A DNA stretch of 63,962 bases, filler included, from Reticulomyxa filosa (GCA_000512085.1; 13 parts of 13 records of this genome joined end to end with filler, not necessarily neighbours in it), one strand, 5' to 3'. Shown: positions 24,620-38,717, counted from the first letter of the whole stretch. Notes: generated from the letters alone by a model not told the origin. Program-made: numbers and translations.

Positions 24620-25711
24620 TTTTCAATACGATTGCATTTTCCTTAGCTTTGAAACTCCATTCTACCTTTAACAAATAAAGGTAAATTTATTAAAAATAAC
24701 TTAAGTTAATAAGGTACACTATGTTTGGTAGTGGATCAAAGCAAAACGGGCCATTTCGTGTAGATATGACTGCTTTATTTTCTGTTGCGGTGAATATAAA
24801 AATATTCTTCATAGACATTTCTAATTTGTTTTTTTTTCAAATAATAAGAAAATAAACTAAAGCAAAAATTGTAGCATTACTAGCTTTTATATTTCATATT
24901 ATTTCAAACAAGGAATATTTTATAAATTAAAAAAGAATGTGGTAAACAAAAAACATATTATATTCGATTCAGTTATTGTTTATTTAAAAATCTAATTTAA
25001 TGAAACAAATACAGTTTTAAAATAAAAACCCAAAAACCTTATATTTTAAATTTTCTTTTGAAACTGTATTTTATTTCATCAAATCATATTTTGAATGAAC
25101 AAAATTGAATTGAATAAAATTATATTTTCAAAACAGTATTGAATTAAATAAAATGATATCATAAATCTATTTTTGATTTAAAATGATACAATTTTATGCA
25201 GTAGCCTTATTATTTTATGAAATTAATAAAAAAAATTTTTAATTTATCATTTTTTTATAAAAAAAAATTATTATTTATTACGAAAAATCAACAAAATTTA
25301 CTTTTCAATTCATTATGAATTATATTTAACTGAAAAAAAAAGATATCTAAAATAAGCGCGTACAAATAGTTGTAAATTATTTATGAAAAGAGATACTTAC
25401 ATTTTTCTTTTTTGAATCACTTAAATAAAATTTAATATTTTCAGCTTTTAATATCAAAGCGAATCAATAACTTTTTTCAAAAATAAAAATGTTCGTTTTT
25501 GAGCTATTTTTTGCTATTAACTGCTTTCTTTTTTTTAGAATTATTAGAAGGGTATTTTAAAAAAAAGGTCAATTTTAGAGCGAGAAGAATTTTTTTAGTG
25601 CTAGGTTGGCAGTCCTATTTTCATTCGCACATTCAAATTGAAGAGTTGTGATTTACATTAAAGATACAAATATTTCTATTAGTATTATTTAAATTAAATA
25701 GGAAAAATAAG

Positions 25712-28345
25712 TTAAGTTGGAAATAAGTTTAGTGTTTTGGCAAAAGTAGATACAGCAGCCTTTTGTTTTTCCATTTCCAACAAAATAATTCTCATCTCCT
25801 TTTCAGTTGTTGCAACTTTGGCAACAGCCTGTGCACACTTTTGTTGCCAGCTTTCTCGCAGCTTTTTTTCATTTTGTGTTTGCTCTTCATACAATTTTAT
25901 CTTTTCTGCGTTGGACAACTTTAACTCTTCTAACTCTGCAATTTTATGTTCCAATTCGTCTACGATTCTTAGGAAATGGGAAAAAAAGGGAGGAAACAGT
26001 ACACACAAAAAAATGATCATGAAGACTTATACGTATTTTTTCCAAAAAAACAAAAATTGTAAACATTTGTTTTGCCGCAATAGTTTCTTTGTGCTGACTA
26101 TGAATTTTATTCTTTTCACTTTGCCAAAGCTTTCCCATCTGCTCTACTTCGTTACTCACATAGGCAATAGTTTTTTCTTTTTCGTGGATTTCAGCTTGCA
26201 ACTCTTCACATTTGGAACGATACTTGGCTGTTTCTTGTTTTAGCAATTCTAACTCGTTAACAGCAGCAAGATAGCTATCCATTTCCTCTTTGCAAGAATT
26301 ATATTTTTCCTTCCAATCTTCGACCTGGTCAAGGGTATGTTGTAATTTGTTATCCCACTCTTTTTCCTTCAAAGTCCACCGAGCGATTTCGTTCTTGTGT
26401 TCTTTTTGAGAAGCGGTCAGTCGGATTATAGTTTCATTTTGATCATTCAGCATTACTTCTTTGACATTCAACGTGTCTTTAACATTGCGTAAGTGCTGAG
26501 TATTTTCGTTTATTAAATCGGTCAGTCGTTTTATTTCTGTATTTTTTCTGTAATGATAGCATTGTGGTTATTATTTGTCCAAAAAAATTGCAAAGAGGGT
26601 GAATAAAAACGAGTTTTGGTGTCGTACAATGTTTTTATAATGGTACGTAGTGCGCATAAAAACGAAACTCTTGCAACTGCGCGTTGAAATTGGTTTCCAA
26701 AAGTTGGAAGCTGGCCAACTTAAGTTCTAGTTCGTGTACTTTGCGTTCTTTTTCTTCATGGCGCCCTTGCGTGTCCGACAGCAATGTTTGCAAGCTTTGC
26801 TTAGCTAGCAGTGTATTGGAATACAGCTGCTTCATTTCTTCGATTCGTTGTGTCAGTTGTTGGTTTTCGGTTTGGTCGTTCAAAAACCGTTCATTTTGTT
26901 TTTTCACAACCTCATTTAATTCGCAAATAAATTTTTTATACTTTCTTTCGGATTGGAATGCCTCCTAATGTATATACAAATTTATGTACGTACATGCGTT
27001 TTTCAACAAAAAAAAAAACGTATAATAAAAAAAAACTTGAAGCATCTGTTTCAAATCAGAGATATCATTCGTTGCTTTCTCCAAAGCAGTTTTAAGTTGA
27101 CACTGTTTGTTTGTGTCGTGTTCGGTCTTCAGGTCGTACTCTTTTTTTTCTCTCTGCAAAGTGTCAAGATATTTTGTCAACTCCTTGATTTGCAAGTCCT
27201 TGTTCGTGTTTTCGGTGGTTAACTGGTCACATTTGTCACGCCAATTTTGAGAGGACTCTTTCCACAGCAACTTGTCTTCGTCAAATCTTTGTTCTATTGC
27301 GGACAAACTGCTCTTCAGCTGCGCAATGGCTTGGGTCTTGCTTTCCATGTCTTTGGTAAGAGTTTGGCATCGTTCCGACAATTCATTCTTCAATGCCATC
27401 AGCTCATTGATTCTACCATGCTGCATCTGGATCTGCTCATTCGAACAATTGTGTTGTTTGCGATCTAACGCCTCTTCGTTTGCACGCTTTTCTTCCCATT
27501 TCTTTTTTTCTTCCATCTGTTCCTCCTGGCACTGGTGTCCCAATTTTTAAAAATTTTTTTATTACAACATCACAATGACCAAGAAACGTATTATGTACGT
27601 ATATAAGAGTGCTATCAACTTGTTTGAATTCGTTTTGCAAGCGAAGGAATTGCATGTCTTTGTTTGACAGTTGCGCTTTGAGGTGATGGACTTGGGTTTC
27701 TAATTGAATCGTATTTTTTTGGATTTCAGCAATCTTCTCTTTGTCGGCAGACAAGTCCCGATGCAACACATCCATTTTGTGCTGTTCTTGTTGCAACGAC
27801 TGTCTCAACTGCGTGTTTTCCATCTCCAGTTTTTGTTTCGATGTCTGCCATTCCTCGCGTTCTGCACACATTGCTTTTTGCATTTTTTCCAATTCGAATT
27901 TCTCGTTTTCCACACATCTATGTACAGTATATATATTTTGCACATATTACGTATATATGTACATACATATACGTATATAAAAAGCGTTGTGATCACTGTT
28001 TGTATCTCACCTGGAAGTGTCACCAATAGATGGTGTAACAATAGCAACGACGTTGTCTGTTTGAGCAGCACATTCGAGTTTGCTGTTCATCGAGTCAAGT
28101 GTTTGGCACGAAGTGGTATTTTTTTGCTTTGGAGACAGTTGAGGTAGAGGAGGTGCGGGCGCAGGAAACAAGTGATTTAATTGTTGCACCAGCCGTTCAA
28201 TCCGCTCTTCTCCACTGCCCAACGAGTTATGCGCGGGCACATTGGACGAGACAACAAAGGACACGCGTGGAGGGGAAGACGTTACTTTCTTTTCCTTTTC
28301 GTAAAAACGGTCCAACGCCGCATTAATATGTGGAGTATCTAGCTC
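25712..28345 (-). CDS. Long coiled-coil protein, multi-exon, 5'-truncated
   Basis: Six successive minus-strand E/K/Q-rich heptad ORFs (28007-28315, 27437-27943, 26965-27543, 26635-26907, 25944-26471, 25712-26020) separated by short AT-rich introns. Confidence 0.75.
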
Positions 28346-28515
28346 TTTATTTATTTATTTTTTTTTTAAACAAAAAAAAAATAAAAAATAAATAACAATA
28401 GTTAAATCAATCTTTNNNNNNNNNNNNNNNNNNNNNNNNNNNNNNNNNNNNNNNNNNNNTTAATTAATTAANNNNNNNNNNNNNNNNNNNNNNNNNNNNN
28501 NNNNNNNNNNNNNNN

Positions 28516-28885
28516 ATCTGGATCAGATGATAAAAGTGTTCGTTTATGGGATATTCGATATGGTAAACAAATTCAAATATTCAATGGACACAAACATATT
28601 GTATGGGCTGTTGAATATTCACCATTTGTGTTAAAAAACAAAGTCAGTGGTAGTTCAAATGTGATATGCTCTGGATCAAAGGATAACACAATTCGTTTTT
28701 GGGATATTCGATCAAATAAGAAGGAATTATATTTGATCAATAGAGATAAAAACGAAGATAATGGAATACTTCGTCTTAAATTTATATCATTAAAGAAAAC
28801 AAAGGATAATAAACAAAAATCAGATGATTGTATTGTTAACTTATGTTATGGTTCAGAGAAAGGTTTAATTCGTGTCTGGAGATAA
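28516..28885 (+). CDS. WD40-repeat protein (expanded family), C-terminal fragment
   Basis: SGSDDKSVRLWDIR, FNGHKHIVWAVEYSP and ICSGSKDNTIRFWDIRSNK, nearly identical to the other copies in the window. Confidence 0.85.
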
Positions 28886-29093
28886 ATACATTCAAATGAA
28901 GTTCTTTTTTTTGAGTTGGCTATAATTTCTGCAGCTGTCAAATTCAAATATTAAAATATTTTTAAAATAGCATTTGAAGACTATTTACTTAATCATCTAG
29001 TGACAGTCTATGTTATAATTTCAACAACTGTTTTGTTATAGATACACATATTTCAAAAAAAACATGTTGAATAAGGCAGATTTACAAATTGTA

Positions 29094-31676
29094 TTATTTT
29101 TTTGTTATTTTCCATTTTTCATTCTCTTTTTTAACAAATGGTAAGCCATTACGGATAGTATATATTGCGGCAAGTTCAATACTAGTATAATCTTGATGTG
29201 CTATTTCTGCAGTAAACATTAAAAATAAATTGATATTGCAATTGCAACAACGTCTTTCCATAAATTCTTTTTTTTTTTCTTCATATTTTTTTTTATTGTT
29301 TGGTTGCATTCTCCATAATTCAAAAAAAGATAAGTATAAATTGACCAGAGTTATTCCTCCTTCAAGTAAAATTGTATAGATAATGTTAGCATCAATTGTA
29401 TGGTCCCACATTGCACTTATTTTCATAGTTTGCTCGATATACTGATCATACCTTGACCATGTCAATAATATCATTTGCGTATATTCATCTTCACTCTCTA
29501 TTTTTGCGCTCCATGCAACTTGTTCTTTATATGTTGTTTCTTTATTATAACCACTGACAAAAGACCTTGCAAACAAAATTTCACGTTCATGTTTGAATGG
29601 AGATATCCACGATACATCACAACTAAAAATATTACTTGGTCTTCTCATAGAAGGATGAAAATGCAAAATACATCCTTGATTACTTCTGTACATTTTTGCG
29701 ACTTCTATATCATCAGAAGTACTTACATGATTTATGAAAAATCCTTGTTTGATTTCTTTGATATTCTCCAATCTCACTTCTTTTAATCCACAATATAATT
29801 CCATTTCACTTTCTTCTACTCTTTCATGTTTATTCAAAATATATATAGCTTCTTGCAAAAACATATCCAAATAAGGCCATTTCTGATGTCTTAATTTTAT
29901 TTGGTCACAACTGAATTGAACATTACATGATTTACCACTATACAATAAAATTGCACAAATATGCCATAATTGAAGTGGATATCCCATATGTTTATGAATA
30001 TCATCATGATACAATGTCTTCAATTCATCTAATATTGTTAATATTTCATCATTTAATATTAATCCACCATTTTCATCCTTTTCATTAAAATTAATTTGTT
30101 TCTTGATTCTTTGTTCACCTTTTGATAGTAGGTTTTTAGGAATTAAATCAATCAAACAATTATTTTTTATCACTTCATGTAGCAGTTTCTGTAGTTTTTT
30201 ATGTCTTGTCACCCTTGCAGTTATGCCTTGAATATGTTTGAGTTTGCACAAATCAGATTCATACAAAAATGGATTGAGTTTAGTTTTTTGATTTGATGAA
30301 ATGGGAATATCTTGATTTGGAACACTTTTTGGTAAACTTCTTTCAATACTAATTGTGCGTTTGTAGGGTACCATGAATACATATTCTATTTCCCAATGTA
30401 CTTGAATAATTGGATAATGAGGAATATGTTTGTAAATATCATGTAATAATACATTTTCATTACTCATTTTTGATGATAGCTCTGGTTTGCATTTAAAATA
30501 TATTGGTTCATCGCCTCCATGCATAAAATGGTATCTCACTTGTAGCTTATGTTTGAAATGTTGTATTCCATGTTTAAAAGTCATTGAATATGGATTCAAT
30601 GGCTCTTTGAATGTTTCCTTATAGCTATCTTTCCAAATGACATGGAAAGAATTAAACTCCTATGTGTTTTTATATAATTATGAAAATTGTATCATTTGAA
30701 AGTACAGTTGATAATTGACAAAGACATTTGTACGTTTTTGCTTTCATTAACTGATACAAAATTTGACAAATAATCTCGATCATCAATTGTGCGGAGGTGC
30801 CAAGTATGATTGAGAATGAGACAAGCCCATTTGGTACATGTGTCATGTACATCATCAAAATAATTATAGAATTGAATATGTACATTGAGTTCCAATGATG
30901 ATTTGTTTGGATTTCCAAGTTGTAATGTTTTTATTTTTAATTTATTTTCATCAAATAACATTATTGTTCGATGTTCATAATCAAATAAAATCCAAGAATC
31001 TTTCCATTTTCCATTCCATAACATATACACTTTTTTTGGAATATAATATCTTATTTTATATCTGTTTAAAATGATTGGTTATATCATTTATATATTTATA
31101 TATTTATATCATTTGTTTTATTAACAATAACAAAATAAACACATACATGATTTGTTGATGGATCCACCATTGATAACATTTCCACAGATGTAATAATTGA
31201 ATATGATCATATTGATAATACCAATTATCGTCATTTCCTTTTTTAAATCCAATACATTGTAACTCTTCCTCAATTATTATAAGCACTTGCTCTAAATCTG
31301 CACCTAATGAATGGTATTTCTCAAATAAATAATTGTGTAAAGCTTGTTTACTAATTTGACGATATTTGATATGTTTAGGATACTTCAAAATATTCCACAA
31401 AATATGCAAACACATTTCTCTTTTTATTTTTAATTCATTTCCTTCTTTTGATCTATCATTTTACAAATTTTATCTTACACTTATGTTTCATATTTGTTGT
31501 ATGCTTCATTCACATTAACTCATTCAAATTGGAAGTTGCACAAATCTCTTCTAATTTCTCTTGTGTATCAACAAAAAGTTGATTGTGATTTTTCCATGTT
31601 TTCAAAATAGTTGTTTTATCAATTTTATTACCAAAATTTTCTAATAAAATCATTAAATTTTGTTGCTGTTCGAAAG
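29094..31676 (-). CDS. Multi-exon protein: CUE-like helical module + PUB-like domain + R-S-E-clade ADP-ribosyltransferase-like domain
   Basis: Exon ~31520-31676 reads LLENFGNKIDKTTILKTWKNHNQLFVDTQEKL. PUB-like segment LHILWNILKYPKHIKYRQI...GF. ART-like segment AILLYS...LQEAIYIL...LYCGL...HVSTSDDIEVAKMY...CDVSWISPFKHEREILF. Probably 5'-truncated. Confidence 0.65.
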
Positions 31677-33175
31677 TTACGCTATATTAATGTATATTGC
31701 TGACGTCAGTTTAAAAAAANNNNNNNNNNNNNNNNNNNNNNNNNNNNNNNNNNNNNNNNNNNNTTAATTAATTAANNNNNNNNNNNNNNNNNNNNNNNNN
31801 NNNNNNNNNNNNNNNNNNNAAACATGTCCAATCTGGTGCAATCAACAGAAGAAGATGATGTTGAAATGAAAGTGAAAGTGGAAGAAGTTGGTGCAATCGG
31901 GTCAGGAGTATGTCCCTTCAGTCGAAGGTGATGTGGATATGTACAGTTCATGTCACTTAAAGTTCAATTTACTGTTACTTTTTTTAAAAAGAGTGGGTTC
32001 AATTTAACTGTGCCTTCCACTTGTTTGTCATTTTTTTTTTCTCACAGACAACAAAGATTGAATAAAAAAATCATGCGACTAAACGTCAGTGACTTCATGA
32101 TTCATACAATAAGTAGGTGACAGTCTTTACTACACGACGAGGACCAATGGCTTTATCCTTCCAAACTTTTTTTGTTTGGCACTAGAGTGGGTCGTACAGT
32201 TTGCTGTCAATACCACGATTAAAGTATCTGTTTGGAAGGTGATATTGTTATTATTGTTGTTGTTGTTGTCTCAATCTCCTTGCAACTTCGACCATGATGT
32301 GGTCTATGCTCTGTTGCTGTTCAAGTCTGTGCTTTGGCTTATGTTCTTCGTCTACAGTGAGCCCGAGGGAAATTGAGGAAGCTCAAAACTTAAGTCACTA
32401 ATTGCAAATAAGTAAAATTCAAGCAACATTTTCTTTTAATCTATTTTTTGTCAAGACAAATCAATGAAACAAATGCAAAGGATGCCTCAAACAAAATTTT
32501 TTACGAAAGGTCTCCGTATTGTCGGGTCAAGTTCGTTGCGCACCAAAACCATTTTCTAAACTAGTCTTGTATACTTTGGACAGTTGCAAAAAAGAATATA
32601 GCTTTAACGTCATGGCCAAGCAAGAATGTTTGTTTGTAATAAAATTACTACCCCTTCTACCATCTTTGGGAGTGCTCTTTGGTAATATAAAAAAAAATAT
32701 TAAAGAAAGGAGTTTAAAAAAAGAAAAACTTTTTGTCCTAAGTTCATCCACAGTCACCCTTTTTTTCTGTGTCATATGCAACTTTATGCTATGTTCCAGA
32801 TGGACATTGATGGAAGTGTTTCTATGTAATAATATTAAATATTTTTCATTCAATTTTAAAACTAAATGGGAAAGTATAAAGGGTTTATAATCAATTTTCT
32901 TTTTGACTGAAAAGATAGTATTGTATTTAAATGATATCTTTTTCAAGAAAAATACATTCTTAATATAAGTATACTTTCTTTTTGCAAACGCATATATAAA
33001 TTAATATCAATATAATATTTATTATCTAAATTACAAAAGTTCAATAAACAAGTTTCCTTTTTTTTATACAAAAAATTTCAACTAAGTTTTAAGTTATATT
33101 TTATTCTTTAATTAAAAATAATGAACCAAGAACCAAAAATGAGTTTAGTTTTGATTTGTTATTTTTTATTTTATT

Positions 33176-34631
33176 TTGCAAATAGATATACATAAAATAA
33201 TAGCATTGGAGCGTCTATTAAAAAAGATTGCTGATGAAGACCAAGCTGTATTTAGAAAAGATATAAGTACAACTGAATACTGTATAAAAAATTGCAGTGA
33301 AGCTTATAATAAAAAGAACTCAAGAATAAGCTGTGACTATGTAGACGTAGAATTTGTTGATAGAAAGCAATGGTCGCATTCAGACAGATGCGAACAAATT
33401 GAAATAGCAGATCAAAATATTCAAAAATTGACTGCAGTTTTAAATGCTTATTGGGGATCAGTGGTCAATGACATTGAAAAAGAAACTAAAAACAGAGAAG
33501 TCATGAGATCATTGCAGTATATAATGGACACTATAACTAATAAAAAGGTGCAAGTAGCAGCAAATTGCACTATGACAGGAATCAAACGTAGTGTCAAAGC
33601 ACGTACTAAGGCAAATGTGTTCCCTGATATAATGTGGTCATATAATGGAATTATGTATGGAACTGAACCGAAGGATCCTTTTATCGTTGTTGATTATAAA
33701 ATTCCAGGTAAGTTAGAAGCTTTCAATTACAGTAAAAATGAACTTCAGGATACTTGGACAATGGGATGTAATGAAATTAAAAGGAAAAATAGAACAAAGA
33801 ACAGTTAATTTATTTTTTTTGTATATTTTCGTAAAATAAAGTATAAATAAATAATAAAGACGGAAATAAAGTCAAGAACGCTGCTAACTTGCTAAACCCA
33901 GTATTACAAGTGGCTGGATACATGGCGTGGAGCGGTGCTAGAGTGGGAATGTTATGGCGTATCCACGTTGTGTGTGGTTTGAAGTAGGGAAGATTGAAAA
34001 AGGAGATAGATTTAAAGTCCAGATATACCCTATGTTAGAGCTGACATCATTTGAGAACGCTATATTGGAACTTTTATGTATTGCAAAATATGCAAGCAGC
34101 CTCGAACCCAACATTAAATTGTACAGGGACGAAAAGGCAAACAGAAAAAAAGAAGCAGATATTGTAAATAAACAAAAGAAAATTAGTGAAGAAAATAAAG
34201 AAGATGAGAAATATGAAATAAAAGATAATGACGAGAGGATAAGTGAAGAAGATGATGAAATAAATGAAGATGATGACAAGATGAAAAATAAAGATGAAAG
34301 CGACAAGGAGATAAATGAAGAGGAAAGCGACAAGGAGATAAATGAAGATAGTGAAGAAATAAATGAAGAGAAAGAAATAGATGATGAGGAAATAAATGAA
34401 AATGATGGCAACAAGGAGAAAAGTGAAGAGAATAGCGATAACAAGACAAAAGAAAATAATAATGAAGCGGAAACAAAAGAAAAAGTACCAAAGCGGCAAA
34501 AAAAGCGAAAACTCAAAGATGTGCAAACCGAAGATGAAAAAAATCAATTCCAAAAGAGAAGGAGAATCCAAGCACAAAAGAAACAAGAAGCTCCTACTTC
34601 TACTGCTTCAAACGATGAAGAAAACGATTAA
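33176..34631 (+). pseudogene. PD-(D/E)xK restriction-endonuclease-fold protein with acidic tail; one-base frameshift at ~33954 (pseudogene or sequencing error)
   Basis: FPDIMW...IVVDYKIPG; after an intron, VLQVAGYMAWSGARVGML shifts frame into MAYPRCVWF; D/E/N/K-rich repeat tail. Confidence 0.55.
34190..34460 (+). repeat. Coding acidic tandem repeats (E/D-x-EINE)
   Basis: GAAAGCGACAAGGAGATAAATGAA duplicated, plus several GAAATAAATGAA units. Confidence 0.8.
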
Positions 34632-35522
34632 AAAAAAGGATACACTTGACAAGAATGTGTCTTCTTTTGTTTTTGTGTTTTTTTTTTGAGAATTTTGTTC
34701 TATTTCTTAGAACGAAGTGGTCTTTTAACTTGAAGGACATGAATTATATGCAGGTAGAGAGGGCAAAAAGCAGTGCGAGTTGAGGATGAAGCGAGAGAGT
34801 AGTCCAACACTTGACACGCCCCCACTGCAACCCATCTAAAAAAAAATATGAAAGAAAGGAGTTTAAAAAAAACTTTTCCTCATATATCCTCCTTTTTTTC
34901 TACGTTCAATCTATCACTATCTTCACATGTTGTATACCATGAATATTAAATAACCAAATTTTATGTCTACTTTTCTCATTTGATAAATGATATTAGGAAT
35001 GACTCCAACTTTATTAAAATTCATTAACCTAAATTTATAGAATGATTGTCTTGAGCTATTGATATTATTTTGGAACATAATCAACTCCTTCATTGATCAA
35101 ATTCAATATTACTGGTTTGTTAAGTGATATTTTTATTGTTATTCTGTTGACATTGAAACAATTTAGCTATTCGTTATGAGGAATCTGATTTTGGTTATTA
35201 CGTATTCTATTGACTCCATCTTTTTTGTTCTTGTGTTTTATTTTCAATTGCATTTCCTTTTTGCTCTTTCTTTAATATGAAATTTTTTGCTTTTTCATAA
35301 TAAATTGATTGTAATGTCTTTGAATAACTATAAATAAGATAGAGTCACTGAAATGTTTTCCATGACACAATATACACTTATGTTTACTTTGTTTGTATTT
35401 ATAAAAACAGTTTTCAATTCTNNNNNNNNNNNNNNNNNNNNNNNNNNNNNNNNNNNNNNNNNNNNTTAATTAATTAANNNNNNNNNNNNNNNNNNNNNNN
35501 NNNNNNNNNNNNNNNNNNNNNC

Positions 35523-35525
<3 letters not shown>

Positions 35526-35596
<71 letters not shown>
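35526..35596. repeat. (TA)n microsatellite
   Basis: About 35 TA units with one TG interruption, at a contig end. Confidence 0.95.
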
Positions 35597-35601
<5 letters not shown>

Positions 35602-35612
35602 ATTGCCAATAG

Positions 35613-36625
35613 ATGAACCCTTTTCCAATTCAATTGATTGCACATCGGTCGCATCGATTGATCAGTCAGCGAATTCGACATCAATATATCCCGTGTTCTG
35701 CGGATTCAAAGATAGCTGTTATTGCCAACTTAATACAGAATTTACAAGCACATCATCACTTTCATGCCAATCAACAAAGACTCTCTTCTTCTTCTTCTTC
35801 ACCGCCTTTAAATACTAATGATCAAGAAAAAGAAAAAGAAAAGAGTAATAACAAGGATAAAGAAAAAAATAAAATTGAAAGCAAAGAGGAGAAATTGAGA
35901 TTCCCTGGCTTGTTAGTATGCATTCGAGATGAAAGCAGTCCAGTCAAATTCGCAGAGAGTCTGTCGCAGATGGATATCAAGACATGCGTGTTGCATGAGC
36001 ACGCTGGCATCAACAAACAACAAAGGACCGAGTTTTTAAAAAAGTTCCGCACCGGCCAATTTGAGTGCGCTATCGTCACCGCCTCTGTCGCTCGGGGCTT
36101 GGACTTTTTGTGGCTCGATCATGTCATCATTGCACAAGTTCCACAAACATTGGTCGATTTTTTGCACGTGTGTGGAAGAACAGGTTTTATAGTCAGATAT
36201 ACGTAATATACTCTTTTTTGATCTCCTTTCACTCATCACTCGTATACAATATATATATATATATATATATATATGTATACGTGTATACATAAAAAGGACG
36301 TCTCGATTCTCGTGGCTATGTTACTAGTGTTGTAGACGAAGAAGATGAACAATTGCTAATGAAACATTGCTCGCAAGCGGATATTAAGTTGCATTTACTG
36401 AATGAACTGGAACGATTTGGATTACAACATTGCTGGGAAAAACGACCTGAATATTTAATTGAAGGATCTCTTGCCAATGTCTTTCCTATGCTAGAAGAGT
36501 CCAAAACCAAATATTTACAGCATTTCTCTTCGATCAATCACAACGAACACAAGAAACCTCAAAAAAAGACTTCTGCTGACCTTGGGCTTGATCGCATTTC
36601 TCTCAACAAAAATGACACTTTGTGA
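35613..36625 (+). CDS. DEAD-box RNA helicase, C-terminal (HELICc) part, 5'-truncated
   Basis: QQRTEFLKKFRTG; motif V VTASVARGLD; motif VI variant FLHVCGRTG, spliced to RLDSRGYVTSVV. Confidence 0.75.
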
Positions 36626-38717
36626 TCTTTTTAACTTTTAGTTCAAATTTCCTTCTTTTTTTATTGTATCATTATTACATTCTAGAGATGTTGCTTTTTC
36701 ATTATTGTTCTTTCAACGACGATTCTTTATTCTAAAAGTCTCACATTGAAAGATGTTTTAAGAAAATATACATACCAAATGATTTGTTTACGGAAAATCT
36801 TTTCACATTTACATTATCTTAAGTTTACAAAAAGAGAATAAAGCAGTGAAAGTGACAATTTTAATAACTGAAGTGTTATGCATGTGCGTATTTGATTTGC
36901 TTCTGTATACATTCATGTAGTAAATAGAAAAACATATATCAACGAAGTTCCATTGACTTATCAGCATATTTTTTAAATCTTCAATCACAAATTCAATTTT
37001 GAAATTTAAATAAATATAAGGGTTTACCAAAAATCATCACATACATTACACTTTTTATAATTTTTTTTAAAATATAATTTATTACAGCAAAAAACTTATT
37101 AAAGAATAACAAAGTGAAAAAAAAGTGAAAATCAGCGTAAAATTAACAGAAACATAAGCTGTTTTCTTATATTCCATCGGCAATATATTTTTGCATATTT
37201 TGTAGTTCTTTGAAAGACTATAATGTGACTTTCATACAAGGCGATTGTGAAAATTTTTGTTAGAATTAATAAATAGAAAGTACTAGTTTTAATTTAGACT
37301 TTATATTACAACATTGATTCTTTTTTTGAAGATGTTACAAACTTTTCAAAGTTTAACTGTACATTTTTTGTCAAATGAACAACTTAAAAGAATTTAATTA
37401 CATTATTATTCTGAAATCGAAAAGATATTATTGCAAACTATGTAGTGTGAAAATAAGATTTAAGAAAAGTGAAAAATGATTTTGTTTAGCTAAATTGAAA
37501 AGGAAATATGAAATATTGTATAGTATGACTTAATTATAATGTAATATTATCACTACAATATATGTTTAGAATAAATAAACTTATAAAAAAATATTTTACA
37601 AATATTTTAAAAAAAGAATTGTTGTTATATATGTGACAATAGTATTTATATTTATTTTGTTTATGTATATTATAGTAAATAAAAAAATATATATGCATAT
37701 ATAAATGAAGTCTTATTATCTTCATCAACAATATTATCTAAATATTAAATCTTAAACTAAATTTTGAAATATATATATATATACACCAGTTCCACAAAAA
37801 TCAACACATGCATCACACTTTTTATTTTTTTAAGATATAATTTATGTTTGCAGCCATTATAAATTGTTATTTAGAAATACATGAACAAAAATATTAAATT
37901 AAATAATGGTAAAGTTTTTTCTGTTATTTAATTGTTAAAATGCATTTAAGAAAATAAGAGCAATTGTTGAGATGAACAGCAAATAGGAAAAAAAGATATA
38001 TTGTTCTAATTTTCTTTCAATAGATAGTACGCAAAAAGGCAGTTCATGGAATCCAAGTTCGTCACTATTCTTATATTGTCTTTGAATAATAATTTTTTGG
38101 CAAAACTGTGCATATGACTTTCAATTCCTTAACCGGGTAAAAATTTGTTCTGTTTTTCTTTGGTGCCCTCTTTTTTTTAAAAAAACCCGAATTACAAGCG
38201 TTAAATTTACATGTTGTTATTATCCTACTAATCTGGTTATATAATTGAACATAACAAAATGTCGCGTATCCCAGGGACTAAGGTTTGGCAATTGAGGATA
38301 TTTTTGGAGTAATTTTCTTCGGGGAAACAAGCTCGACTTTGTAGAAAAAAAAGACAGTAAAAATGGAATGTACTGCTTTTGTATGAACTGAAAACAGGAA
38401 GAGCCATACATGAGCGTTGAAGAAGCGATTTGTGAGTAAAGAAAAATTGTGTGAGACATTGTTGAAAGGAAAAAGCTAAAGGAGACAAAAAAAAAAAAAA
38501 AAAGCAAAGAAGACAAAAGCTTAAAAATCTGGAAGTATAAATGAGATAGAGAGGACGGGGACCTTTTTTTTTTTTTTTTTTTTTTTTTNNNNNNNNNNNN
38601 NNNNNNNNNNNNNNNNNNNNNNNNNNNNNNNNTTAATTAATTAANNNNNNNNNNNNNNNNNNNNNNNNNNNNNNNNNNNNNNNNNNNNTTTTTTTTTTTT
38701 TTTTGGATCATAAAACA

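Noticed and set aside
31820-32400. Coding-looking fragments at the start of the contig
   Set aside because: No consistent frame or recognisable motif.
33938-34586. Ser/Phe/Ile-rich hydrophobic minus-strand ORFs
   Set aside because: Antisense shadows of the acidic repeat tail.
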